Below are positions 25,501-37,290 of a stretch of 63,562 nt of DNA, in pieces. The notes under the pieces were generated by a model. It saw nothing but the letters and a program-made list of their open reading frames with translations, ran no database searches and was not told the DNA's origin. The position numbers and the translations under genes were made by a program. Source of the DNA: Mizuhopecten yessoensis (Eukaryota). Within the stretch, counting starts at the first letter, position 1, and the number at the start of each line of letters is the position of its first letter. The stretch spans positions 592,226 through 655,787 of the forward strand of contig NW_018407979.1 of NCBI RefSeq assembly GCF_002113885.1. Reading direction: 5' to 3'.

Positions 25501-26002
25501 AAGCATTCAGCATTTTTTAATTGATTTTATTTAAGTAAATCAGTGTTTTTAAATGGCTTTTAGTTTAGTGTTTAGAGTAAACTTAGTTTTAGTTATTGAC
25601 ATTTTATAAAACTGCACAGAAAATCGTCCCGAAAACGCTGCAAAACGCACGATTTTTTTTTTTACTTCCGCTTTATCGATCTGTGGAAGGGACGGACATG
25701 TTTATAAGCGTGTACTTGGAGACGCAACAACATAATTACACCGTCAGCAATTATTGTTAATATATAATAAACTTAACATTGATTAGTGTTACAATTGTTA
25801 GTGAATTGACCAATTATTGAAACTTCGTCACAATGAATTTTTCAGAACAGTGCATAATGTTAACATTTTTGAAGTTAAATTTATAGAATTTAGTAGGCCT
25901 TAGGAATTATAGAATGCACGAATTTGTCATGGAGATATATTCTTTACGAAGGTACAAAATACTGTTTTGATATCGTACATAACCCGCATTTCCTTCGGCC
26001 TA

Positions 26003-26216
26003 GGCCGTTTTCGTTTAAACGGTCAAACCGGTCGGACCACTGTTGTTCGTTTATCAAATAAGGTCGGACCTTGTAATCTGATGCTGCTTTCAGGCGAGCC
26101 TTGGCAAAGCCTTGCAAGTCCTGCATACACATTTGCAGGTCCGCCAGGATTTATACCCGACATTGTTACATTTATAAACGGTCAAACCGGCTGTTCCGCA
26201 TAAACGAACAGACCCC
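26003..26216 (+). repeat. Interspersed repeat family F copy (with subterminal inverted repeat AAACGGTCAAACCGG)
   Basis: Alignment to the other F copies. Confidence 0.5.
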
Positions 26217-27425
26217 TAATCACACAGGTACATTCTTGCACAACATTTCAGTATGACGTCACTAAGTGATCATTGCTATATTTACACACGGGTTTGTCCC
26301 AAGTACATCCCACAAAGACCTTTGATTGACATTTGAACATTTACACGGATTGCCAGAGCGTTGTGAAATATGTGTTTGTATGGTTAACATATACTGGTTG
26401 TCAGTGGCCTGTGAATAAAATAAAATAACAAATGCTGACAAAGCGCTGAATATACGTCATTCTGACAGGCTAGCACTTTTGTACCTTTAAAACCGGGAGG
26501 CATCTGAATATAGAAGTCAGTATGGGTGAATATATTTTCGCGTGAACATATACCACTGGGACACCATGACTTGACTGAAGACGACTCCCCCCTTCCCACA
26601 AGTCGCCGGCTTGTTGCTTACTATTTGGAGCTGATTTTTTTTTACTTGTGTACTGGTATTATATATAGGTAAGATTTTTTTTCGTAACTTTATTTGTCAC
26701 ATGCACAAGATCAGGACACCATTTTAAAGTAATAACTTAAAAATATTTATCAATATCAGCGGCAGTATATTCTGTAGAGGTACATCGTTATAAATATTTT
26801 ATGGTAGCGATATAGGTCTCAGATTTGTCTTTTTATATAATATATACATGTAAGTGCAATGCTGGATAAATCTATTCTAAACACTTTTCTGAGTGGTTAA
26901 GTTTGTGTTCTTATCGTCCTTTGTATGATAACATCTTAACACTTAACAGAGGATGAGGGATGCATGTAATTACACTTAATTAATACACAGTATGATATCT
27001 ATATTGGTATATCTAACATTACAGTTCAGTGTTGCTAAGTATTTTCATCCTTGTCATTTACTCAAGCAGTATTGACATTGTATCATTATCTATACATACA
27101 TGTACATTATAATGACATTTAAAATAGATTGTCAAAATATCCTTTCATATATTAGCATCCTGCAGAATTTCTAATTGTTACCAAAGTCATTTATATTTCA
27201 CGATGTATATTTCTGATTTTCTGCACATTTCTCAGTCATATATGGGTATACAATGTATATGTTCACCAACTGTGGCTTATATATCATCTTTAAACAATAC
27301 AGCAGAAAAAATTGTGATTGTAATATTCTGCTTGTTGCATCATACGGAGTGGAAGTCAGGTCTTTATCCGAAAAATAATGTATGTGTTGAACCATATCAC
27401 TAAATGTTGCATCATACTCCAGCCT

Positions 27426-27516
27426 TTAACTCATTCACCCCTGAAATTTCTTAATGAACTGTTCCAACCTTTGAACTAGAAGAGTTCAAATGTGTCTTCA
27501 GGGGTGAATGAGTTAA
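27426..27516. mobile_element. MITE family A copy
   Basis: TIRs with TTAA flanks. Confidence 0.7.
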
Positions 27517-30100
27517 TTGTGAGAGAAGTTAAGGTTTATTGAGTGAAACTTTAATATAAATATGATGCCTGTCATTTCACTTCTCACCTCACTTTATGTG
27601 ACAAACTTTCCAGATTATCTGTACTTTGTAATGCAAACACTTTAATTTCTATGTGTACCTGCATGATATACCACCAAACCAGCAATCCTGTTTCCTCTCA
27701 TATAAAGCCCCCTATGCTCTTCCATCAAGACCAAGATTGATTAAACTTGTTGATAATTGTTGTAAAATATTTATATTTAACTTGACTTAAGGTATGACAA
27801 GGGGAAGTATAAAAGGAGTACCTATTTCAATAGACGTTTATTTTTAAAAGCGAGCCAGGGGGAAGGAAGTACCCGTAATATTACCAGCTTACAGTACCTA
27901 AAAAGATAAATGTGCCGTTTGACAGTAATGTTGTACACTTGTAATCAGTGATACAGCATATAATATTTCCTTGTGAATGACTCATTCAAGGGCCTTAATG
28001 GTTGTCTATTTCCTCATTATTATCAAATAACTTCTTCCTGTATACCTGTCACTGGAGTCGCACAGTAATATCAAATAATAAGTAAATATATATTGGATAT
28101 GTTACATCCTGACTTGCTATAAGCTGCTCGAAAGCACAACACAGTACATTCATATACAATCAGTGCTAGGGCTGCAGCGATACATTAACATGACAATACG
28201 ATATGTATCACGAAACTGTGGTCACGATACGATACATATCATGATACATATAGTAACAGTAGAAGCAAGGCGAAAAGATCTGTTGCAAATTTTAATGGCA
28301 ATATTACAACTGAAAATAGACTTGGTCCTTAATGGGCATCACTTTTAAAGTTTCACTTAATTCACATCTTTTGACGTGCATGCCAAGTTTGAGCTGTCAC
28401 TCAGCATGTTTGCACCGATATGAGTAGACTAAATTCAGAATCGACAAATCCGGAAAATATTGTATGTGTATCGTAACCTCTGAACAAATATTATGTATTG
28501 TACTGCATTCAAAATATCACGTTGCAGTCCTAATCAATACAGTATTGTGTTATTAGGCACTAACTACTCAGGTTCTATGCCACCTGACTAATGTCTCCAC
28601 ATGTGTGTATGCATGTTTTTGTACTGGAGATGTGTTTTGTTCTGATTTGTAGTGGGACTTTGTTTCCAATAGGCAAAATAAATCACTGGTTGATAATGCG
28701 GTCAAATCAACCAGTAAAAATATATTCACTACAGGCTGTCGTACACGTACATGCTGTTTCATTGCATCGTAATATATGTATGTGTGTTGATTTGGGATAA
28801 TTTACTTGGTGAGGGTGCCAGCGACAGGTGTTGGGGAGCATGACTTAATTATTGATGTGAAACAAATTGGGAACTAGGTAGGCGTAAGATTTATGAAAAT
28901 TATATACAATTACTCTCGAGACAAGTTGTAATCTGTAGTCATGGTTTGATCCCTAGCGGAGGCATTCAAAAAGATAACTTGAAAAGAGGACTTGGCTTAG
29001 CCTATTATCCAATCCTTTTGTTATTTCCCCCTGGTATCAATAAGATCTGTTGAAACAAAATGAAGAGAGTAACCTTATTACAGAGCACAAGACTTGGTAC
29101 AGTATAATGTACCGTACATGTGTTTGATTCCTTTTGTCATATCAGGTAAAATTGATTATCGGATACTTGCTGTGTCATCAACAACATAAAAGCTATTGAT
29201 TTAACTATATACCAAGTACTCTTTATATAAAGTATAGAAGGGTACCTGTATAACACACATATATAAAGTAGAAGGTCGCCTGACACCTGTATACATGTGT
29301 ATCAGGTATTATCTGTTGCCCTAAAATGTTGGCACAGATCCAGATTAGTGACTCTATATAATTACACATAACTGTCTGTGCCAGACATTTCAATCTTTTG
29401 AACTTACAATAAATAAATGGTGAGCCCAATAAACGGTGTACTTTGTTAGTGTAAGGTATTTCAAAGTAGAATTATTTTTACCCTGAGTGACCTTACTCGA
29501 ATGTTCTGTCTCGCAATGTCACAAGCTTGTATGTGTACACACCTGTCTAAATTGGATATTGTATAGTTTGGAAGCTCATCAAAAACACTTCATTCATAAC
29601 TTAAGTGAATCCTACAAAATCCTTAACCTGAAGGCTGCTTTCATTTTATGTGGTCCAAAATTTTCGACCATTTTTTCTTTTTTATCGGAGTTGTTCGTTT
29701 ACGAAATAGTGACGGGCCTAGTGATTTGATGTAGCTTCCTGGTGAGCCCTAGCACTAACTTTGAAGGACTGCATCTACAGGTCTGACTGGCTTTATTCCT
29801 AAAAATAGTACATTTATAAATAGGTGAACCAGTTTGTCTGCTTAAACAAGCAGGCACTTAATAATTATAATTGCCAAACTGCTGTTGCATGGTCACTTAA
29901 ACAAAATGTCAAACTTCGTGGTAGTCAAATGTCAGATGATATTTATATTCATGCATGAACAAAAAATGATCCTAGAAGATTGACAAACATTGAAAAAGTT
30001 ATCTATATTCAGTGAAAATAGGAAGTCTAAAATCATTCACTTGTGACTACAATTTTACAAACTGAATACCTGTTTGTTTGGGCCAGGTGGAACGTGACAG

Positions 30101-30500
30101 TCACCAATCAGAATGATTTTTTTTCCAGATAAAACTTTATTTAGTCTATTATGAAACAAGTTTTATCAAATACCATTTATCAATCAGGATGTCTGTAACA
30201 GCAGATTTTCATATTGACTTGTGTCTGTATAGTACGTACCAGGAAACCAATAAAAAAACTAATGTTTGTTACTTTCGTTTCCAAAAAATATTCAAATTAA
30301 CCAATCAGAATGTCTTTTTGTTGTAAATAACCAATCAAAATGTAAGTTGTCATATCTTACCAATTATTGAATTAATAATGTCTGCGTTATATACACTACC
30401 AATCAGAATAATGTCCTATACATGTTTGATGCAAAAAATCATAAAATCATACAACCAATCAAAACGTCTTATTTGTTACAGATAACCAATCAAAATGTCC
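30101..30500 (+). promoter_or_regulatory. Array of seven CCAAT (NF-Y Y-box-like) motifs of the form AACCAATCA(G/A)AATG at about 30103, 30181 (variant ATCAATCAGGATG), 30299, 30329, 30397, 30453 and 30485. The last copy contains the MVP start codon.
   Basis: Direct motif recurrence. CCAATCAG is the classic NF-Y site. The 45-bp segment 30299-30344 is duplicated at 30453-30500. Confidence 0.5.
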
Positions 30501-30637
30501 GTCTCTCGTCGTGGAGGAGAGGAGCTGTCCTTGTTTAGGATCCCTCCCTACTACTACCTCCATGTCCTCGACCAAAACCTTAATGTTACCCGTTTGGAGA
30601 TCGGGCCCCAGACCTACATCCGCCAGGACAATGAAAG
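30495..30637 (+). CDS. MVP: Major vault protein exon 1 ([47 protein letters not shown] + first two bases of the Arg codon), phase-2 end.
   Basis: ATG at 30495 is the first in-frame ATG after a TAA stop. Donor AG|GTGAGG at 30638. The N-terminus aligns with the vertebrate MVP N-terminus (IPPYHYIHVLDQN...YIRQDNER). Confidence 0.85.
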
Positions 30638-31132
30638 GTGAGGCTTTTGCACAAAATTTACTGCAGAGGATAAACAGGTTTCTTCTGAATGTAGAATCCT
30701 GACTTGACAAGTAGCTTTTCTCTTGTTTACATTCATGGCTGATAATTCATTTTTGAAGGAGCATTTGTGGACATTTTTTTAATTGATGTACAAATTATAT
30801 TTACACTGCAAAAATGGATGTAGGGCCGGCCGGTTGCTCACAGGAACAAAAGCTCTGCCATATTTATCCTACAATAAGCCCGGGGGGCTAGTGCATAATT
30901 TCTGACTCAAAATAGGGATGGGCTTATTACAGAGAAGTTAAAATGTATTTGTTGAAATTTTATTTAAACTGAAATAGATGTGGATGGGCAGATAAATTTG
31001 GTTTCCTATTCGATTTATTATAGTGCAAACTTTTAACTGAATCGGTATATAGTGAAACATGTTTTTATTTAATTCTGTAATTCTTCAAAATCTTTGAACT
31101 CCTGTCTTATAAGAAGTGTCTCGTGTCTACAG

Positions 31133-31328
31133 GGTGGTGTTTGGGCCGGAGAAGATGATCACAGTTCCCCCGAGGAACTACTGTCTGATCGAGAACCCCC
31201 ATGTCCGCGACAAGGACAACAAGGTTGTACTGGACAACAGCGGCCAAGCCAAACTTCTCCACGCTGACCAGGAGATTCGTCTTGCTCAGGACCCTTTCCC
31301 TCTCTACCCTGGTGAGGTCTTGAAACAG
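31133..31328 (+). CDS. MVP: MVP exon 2 (R)[17 protein letters not shown]...[12 protein letters not shown]
   Basis: Acceptor tctacag|G completes the Arg codon. Donor CAG|GTAAGA at 31329. Conserved with MVP repeat 1-2 sequence ([31 protein letters not shown]). Confidence 0.85.
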
Positions 31329-31581
31329 GTAAGACAGCTTAAAATTTTCATATTTGATTGACTGAGTTCGTTTAAAGTTTAGAACATAATTGAAAGTATT
31401 TTTATATCAAATTAGCATTAATGACACCAGCATTATATAAGAATCAATGTTTTATTTCATTGAAGTTGATCTATCCAAAATATATAGGAATAAAAGTCAC
31501 TCTCTGCCATCTAGTTGTCCTTAAATGTATTTGTGAAGGTGTAATTCATTATATATTGATGATGTAAATTTGTTACTTTAG

Positions 31582-31932
31582 GTTGTGACACCCCTAAAAG
31601 TTGTGAATGCTAACTCAGCTCTCCGTCTCCGATCCATTCTCGACTTTGAAGCTGAGGATGACATTAAGAGGACTGCTGGTGATGAATGGTTATTTGAAGG
31701 ACCCGGGACTTACATCCCTCGCAAGGAGGTGGTGATTGATGAAACTGTTCGCGCCACTGTGATCCGTCCTAACCAGGCAATCCGTCTCCGGGCTCGTAAG
31801 GAGACGATCGACCGTCAGGGAACACCCCGTGTCACTGGGGAGGAGTGGCTTGTTAAGAAGACGGGAGCCTACCTTCCCGGGGCCTATGAGGAGGTGGTCG
31901 ACATCGTCAATGCTTTCGTCCTCACAGACAAG
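31582..31932 (+). CDS. MVP: MVP exon 3 [17 protein letters not shown]...[18 protein letters not shown]...[16 protein letters not shown]...AFVLTDK (117 codons)
   Basis: Acceptor ttactttag|GTT. Donor AAG|GTATGG at 31933. Diagnostic MVP repeat motifs [18 protein letters not shown] and VTGEEWLV. Confidence 0.9.
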
Positions 31933-32212
31933 GTATGGCATTGTATATCACTTACAAATAGTCATAAATGTCAGTAAAATCAAGATCTCACCTCAAATTT
32001 CTTTTCTTGGGTTATTGGAAAATTTTACTATTGGGTAAACGGGGAAATATTCACATAATGTTATTGTAATTTCACTCTGAAGTACAATATATATATACAG
32101 TGGACAGATATTGATAAAAAGTCAAGTGAAGCTGTATGCTATACTAAACAAATATAATGATGTAGTATTGATTTGCACAACTCTGTACAAAAATAAGCTG
32201 TAACTGTCAAAA

Positions 32213-32303
32213 TTAACTCATTCACCCCTGAAGACACATTTGAACCTTTCCAACTCAAAGGTTGGAAGAGTTCATTATGAAGTTTCAGGGGTGAATGGGT
32301 TAA
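32213..32303. mobile_element. MITE family A copy inside MVP intron 3
   Basis: TIRs with TTAA flanks. Confidence 0.7.
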
Positions 32304-32434
32304 GGGGGTAAAGAAGCTTTATCACCTTAAGAGACGACCAGCGATAAAGTAAATCGAGTAAATCGGGTAAAACAGGTAAAGGACATTTATTTTGAACTCA
32401 ATATTAACTTACCATTTGTTTTGGCGTATTGCAG

Positions 32435-32560
32435 AAAGCCCTTCACATGAGGTCCCTGAGAACTTTCAAGGACGACTTTGGTGTTGTGAGGAAAAACGGA
32501 GAGGAATGGTTGATCACCATGACCGAGACAGAAACTCACATCCCCAATGTTTACGAAGAG
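32435..32560 (+). CDS. MVP: MVP exon 4 KALHMRSLRTFKDDFGVVRKNGEEWLITMTETETHIPNVYEE (42 codons)
   Basis: Acceptor tattgcag|AAA. Donor GAG|GTTCGT at 32561. Aligns with vertebrate [27 protein letters not shown]...HEEV. Confidence 0.85.
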
Positions 32561-33006
32561 GTTCGTATAAAATATCTACAATTCACATATATATCTATTA
32601 TGTTGAAATATTATTTTTGATTGATTGTATATCTAAAAATTTAAGTTTAGAAATTCACAATTTCCAAACAACTTAATAATGCAGAAATATTCATATTTTT
32701 TTGGTCGCAAATTGCAATTTTGAGTGATTAATTTCCACAATCTGCAAAAAAACCCCATAAAGAATACAAGCTTAAAATCTTGGGGAAAACCTTAGAAATC
32801 TAAAACAGGAAGTACAAGTGCAAGTAATTACTGTTAGCAGCTGAAGTTAACAAGAAAGCAAGGCGAAATGTTTACATTGTTTAAACTATCACAGAAATAT
32901 ATTTGCATATCAGACGTAGCATGGAAACTTATCAGTAAGATATTGAAAATGTTTCCTGGTGTTTATCCTTTGAGTCATATCGGTTATATTCTTTCCATGA
33001 TGACAG

Positions 33007-33117
33007 GTTGTGGGTGTGGTCTCCATTACGACCTTGACCTCCCGTCAGTACTGTGTTCTTTTGGATCCCTGTGATGATTCTGGAAGGCCACAGCTCGGCA
33101 GAAAGAGGCTGGTCAAG
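33007..33117 (+). CDS. MVP: MVP exon 5 [37 protein letters not shown] (37 codons)
   Basis: Acceptor gatgacag|GTT. Donor AAG|GTAAGA at 33118. Aligns with [21 protein letters not shown]...QLGQKRVVK. Confidence 0.85.
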
Positions 33118-33235
33118 GTAAGATTTGTCGATGTCATAGAATTTGTCAGGTTTTTGGGTTGAAAGATAACAGAATATGATATCATATAATGATTATAAAA
33201 GTGAGACTATAATACTTTCATTTTGCTTAGGAATT

Positions 33236-33365
33236 TAGAATTCAATTCAAGGTCATCTGCTACAAATCATTGCATTTCAAGGTCGTCTGCTACAAATCGT
33301 TGCATTTCTAGGTCGCCTGCTACAAATCGTTGCAGTTCAAGGTCATCTGCTGCAAATCATTGCAC
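33236..33365. repeat. Minisatellite, 4 copies of a 30-bp unit (TTCAAGGTC(A/G)TCTGCTACAAATC(A/G)TTGCA) in MVP intron 5
   Basis: Direct tandem copies. Confidence 0.8.
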
Positions 33366-33633
33366 TTGAAGTATATTATGAAGATGTGGGTTGTAAATTA
33401 CATAAAAAAGTTCAGGACCGAAAAGGCCTTTGAAATTAACTGTTATCAAGACATCCCAATTTGTAATAAAAAGTCTTCAGACTGATTTTGTTTCCGTATT
33501 GAATCGAGTAAGATTAATTGAAGGGAGTGAAACTTTTTCACAGAATTTGAATAATGAGATAGATTCTAATGGATATTGATAATTGACATGGAATATATTT
33601 TGATGTTTTCCATGTTTTTACTTTTAAATTTAG

Positions 33634-33909
33634 GGAGAGAAATCTTTCTTCCTCCTGCCTGGCGAGAGTCTTGAGAGGGGTATCCAAAACATTTATGTGC
33701 TTGGTGAAGAGGAAGGTCTCATTCTCAAGGCTACTGAAACATTCAAGGACGCAGACACAGGGGAAGACCGTCGTCCCGGTGACCGGTGGATGATCCGAGG
33801 ACCTAAGGAGTATGTACCACCCACAGAGGTGGAGGTCGTCCTCAAGAGACGGGCAATCCCATTGGACGAGAATGAGGGTATCTACGTCAGGGACATCAAA
33901 AATGGAAAG
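33634..33909 (+). CDS. MVP: MVP exon 6 [33 protein letters not shown]...[21 protein letters not shown]...[19 protein letters not shown] (92 codons)
   Basis: Acceptor aaatttag|GGA. Donor AAG|GTGAGC at 33910. The near-invariant MVP motif [12 protein letters not shown] is present. Confidence 0.9.
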
Positions 33910-34383
33910 GTGAGCATCATCTCTGTGAAACAATCTTCCATCTTTACAGAAGTTCTCGGAATAATAGGGGACAATATCAACACACTTTTTAATCTTTGTC
34001 TCTCTAACTGCAATATAGACTTTATAGATATCAGGATGAGGACTTTTTAAGCCAGATTCGATTAAGCAATCATTCTGGCAAATTTTCCAAATGCTGTTTT
34101 TAAGAAATTCAAAAGAATTGATGGTTATATTATTTGCATACCTAAAATCAGTCAATTTTATCGTTTCATTCAGTGAACTTAATGAATTTCTTTGGAAATT
34201 TTGAGGGAGCATCTTTACCATTTTCAATAACTGCCTTAATAGGGTTAGTTTAAAAAACGATTTCATTATGTTTTTAGTGAATACACATGAAAATCATGTT
34301 TAAGAAAATCTGTTGTACTATTGATGCTGATAAAATATTTTGAATGGTGTAAAACGTTCACGGATCAATGTTTGTTGTTTTAG

Positions 34384-34965
34384 GTGCGTGCGGTTACTGC
34401 AGAGACTTACATGCTGAGTCACGATGAGGAATTGTGGGAGAAAGCCCTTCCCCCAGCAGTTGAGACCCTCCTAGCCCAAGGGAAGGACCCTATGGCTGAT
34501 CGGGGTGCGCGAGGACAGAGCACAGATACCACAAAGGCTCGGGACAAGACGAGGGTCATCACTTTCCGTGTACCACATAATGCTGCAGTGCAGATATACG
34601 ATTACAAAGAGAAGAAAGCTAGAGTTGTATTTGGCCCTGAACTGGTCATGCTTGGCCCTGACGAACAATTCACCCAGCTCAGTCTGTCCGGTGGTAAACC
34701 AAAGAAACCCAATTCTATCAAATCCCTTTGTCTGTTGCTTGGTCCCGACTTCATGACCGACATCATTGTCGTGGAGACCGCCGATCACGCACGACTCAGC
34801 CTCCAACTATCTTACAACTGGCATTTTGATATCAAAGACAAACTTGATGAAAAGGATGCTCACAAAATCTTCAGTGTACCAGATTTTGTTGGTGATGCCT
34901 GCAAGGCGATCGCATCCCGGGTTAGAGGAGCTGTGGCTCAAGTCCAGTTTGATGACTTCCACAAG
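34384..34965 (+). CDS. MVP: MVP exon 7 [20 protein letters not shown]...[27 protein letters not shown]...LLGPDF...[18 protein letters not shown]...[23 protein letters not shown]...FDDFHK (194 codons)
   Basis: Acceptor tgttttag|GTG. Donor AAG|GTAAGG at 34966. Long stretch nearly identical to vertebrate MVP ([49 protein letters not shown]). Confidence 0.92.
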
Positions 34966-35259
34966 GTAAGGACCATCGTCATTTTACTTCCTCTTCTACT
35001 ATTCAAACCTCCTCTCCAGAGATCACGCTTATATATTTTGTATAATTACCTGAACCTATATATGGAGGCCACATGAATAAAATAAAATCGACATGGAATT
35101 CCTAAGGGTAGTTTTGTACACAGGCTTGACTTTATCATGTTTATATATGATGAAGATCAGAAAGTGTGCTTCAGGGTCCTGGTTTTGTTGTCTGGTGGAA
35201 AGCAATGCAAAATATAGCAAAATAGCCCATATTCTTAAAATCCTTCATTCTGTGTACAT

Positions 35260-35349
35260 TTAAGCCTTTCAACACTGTGACCATAATGGACTCATCCAGA
35301 TCAATGCATGGTAGAGTCTACTAAAGTTGCATAGGGGTGAAAGGGTTAA
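35260..35349. mobile_element. MITE family B copy inside MVP intron 7
   Basis: TIRs. Confidence 0.65.
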
Positions 35350-35781
35350 ACCTGTATTCAGAGACCGCACTTTTGGTCTCATATCCCATATTCTAAATCT
35401 TATTTAGAATAAGACCTTCAGAAATTATTGGAGTGATCTATGATCGCAGGTGTTGAATCTCTCATTGATGTATGAGTCATCACAGAAATAGCGGCAATTG
35501 GGAAAGTAGAGGTGTTCTATTGAACAGGTTTTTTTAACAGTCATAGAATTTTCCCATCCATAAATTACTAAACTTTTAACTAGCTTACAAAATTATAAAA
35601 AAACATGCTTTTTGGATGTCTAGATATTACAGTAAATGTCGGTAATGAAGATATGGATAACTAATTTGCTATCTGCATCAGTTATCATTTGAAATCATGT
35701 AACAAAAACTACACCTTCAGGTTGTTGAACATTTCTTTGTGTAAGACTTTTAATATATTTGACTGTTTGATTTTCCTCTAG

Positions 35782-36237
35782 AACTCCGCCAGGATTATCC
35801 GATCCTCTGTGTTTGGTTTCGATGCGAAGGACAAGGTGCGGGACCAGTTCGTGTTTGGTCAGAACTGTCTGGTGATGACAAGCATTGACATTCAGTCTGT
35901 GGAGCCAGTCGACCAGAGGACACGTGATGCCTTGCAAAAGTCAGTCCAGCTCGCCATCGAAATCACCACCAACTCACAGGAGGCTACAGCTAGACACGAG
36001 GCTGAGCGTCTTGAACAGGAAGCCAAGGGCCGTTTGGAACGACAGAAAATCAGCGATGAGGCAGAAGCTGAAAAGTCGCGTAAGGAACTTCTGGAACTGC
36101 AGGCCAACAGTGCGGCCGTGGAGAGTACCGGTCAGGCCAAGGCAGAGGCTCAGTCCCGGGCTGAGGCCTCGAGGATCGAGGGAGAGGCTGCCGTTGAGCA
36201 GGCCAAACTCAAGTCCATGGCTATGAAGATTGAAGCC
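35782..36237 (+). CDS. MVP: MVP exon 8 [18 protein letters not shown]...[31 protein letters not shown]...[18 protein letters not shown]...KIEA (152 codons; shoulder/cap-helix region)
   Basis: Acceptor tcctctag|AAC. Donor GCC|GTAAGT at 36238. [37 protein letters not shown] and [14 protein letters not shown] match vertebrate MVP almost residue for residue. Confidence 0.92.
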
Positions 36238-36419
36238 GTAAGTATTTTGTAGAGATCAAGACATAGTTGTATTAAATGTCATAGCTTATTGGTATGTTAG
36301 GAAAATATTGAATTATCTTAAAAATTAAACCAGTGCATTTTGGTATTATTCAAAATACTCTCTTTTCAAATATTTAATAAATAACTGATAAAAGACTTTT
36401 GAGATGCTTTAGGAAAAAT

Positions 36420-36860
36420 CCAAAATTTTATTTATAGCATATGCCAACCTGTCTATAAAGGGAAGTTACTCCTCTTTTATCAAATACAGCCTGTAAACCT
36501 GGCTGTCTATAAAAGGGAGCCAAATCATGTTATCTTTATATAATAATAAACAACATTTGACAAAGCCCCTTATCTAGCTAACATAAGCCACTCTAAAGCG
36601 CTTTACAATGAGTAAAGCTCTTTAAATAGGAGTGTATTGACTTTTATTCCATATAACATTCTATAATAGGAAATGAATTCAGTTTTAATATAAGGGAATA
36701 AACCTACCTGCCTTTAACAGGAGCAACTTTTTTATTCCTTATATCTCCCTGTAAACAGGGTTAACTGTTTATTCCCTAGGTTTACCTGTCTATGAAGGGG
36801 AGATAATACCACTTCAGTATAATGTCTGCCTGTCTATAAAGGAGACCTGTCTATAAAGGT
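36420..36860. repeat. Six dispersed copies of the motif (G)CCTGTCTATAAAGG(G/A)GA within MVP intron 8
   Basis: Motif recurrence at 36452, 36503, 36782, 36829 and twice around 36840-36870. Confidence 0.6.
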
Positions 36861-36951
36861 GACCTGTCTTTGAAGCACAAGATTTTTGTATGAACATTTT
36901 GACTTCTTTTAACACAAATATCTTCAACTATAATCTGATTACATTTTATAG

Positions 36952-37290
36952 GAGTCTGAGTTGGAGAGACTGACCAGTGCCCGGGAGGCTGAACTGAAAT
37001 ACGTCCGTGAGCAGAATGACATGGAACTCACAAAATCAAAGGAAATGTCCAACATCGAAACCGATAAGTTCAAGAAGATGGTGGATGCTATTGGAGCCAA
37101 CACACTCCAGTCCATTGCAGTGTCTGGACCGGAGATGCAGGTCAAGATGTTGACTGCGCTTGGGCTAAAGTCCACACTTATCACAGATGGTAGCAGTCCA
37201 ATCAATCTATTCAACACGGCCAACGGGTTAATTGGAGGCCTAGTTCCATCTAAGAGGCGTCATGCTCCCGCGGACTCTGATGAGGATTAA
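36952..37290 (+). CDS. MVP: MVP exon 9 (terminal) [18 protein letters not shown]...[74 protein letters not shown], stop TAA 37288-37290
   Basis: Acceptor ttttatag|GAG. Conserved C-terminal coiled-coil motif [28 protein letters not shown]. Total CDS about 859 aa against 893 aa for human MVP. Confidence 0.9.
   Translation, partial: ESELERLTSAREAELKYVREQNDMELTKSKEMSNIETDKFKKMVDAIGANTLQSIAVSGPEMQVKMLTALGLKSTLITDGSSPINLFNTANGLIGGLVPSKRRHAPADSDED

Noticed and set aside
33538-34266. 242-aa minus-strand ORF
   Set aside because: It runs antisense across MVP exon 6 and the adjacent intron. It has no domain-like content and no splice logic.
35885-36226. Alternative-frame ORFs over MVP exon 8 (35885-36226 plus, 35892-36107 minus)
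   Set aside because: These are overlapping-frame artefacts of a GC-biased, codon-regular exon. The MVP frame is the only one with homology.
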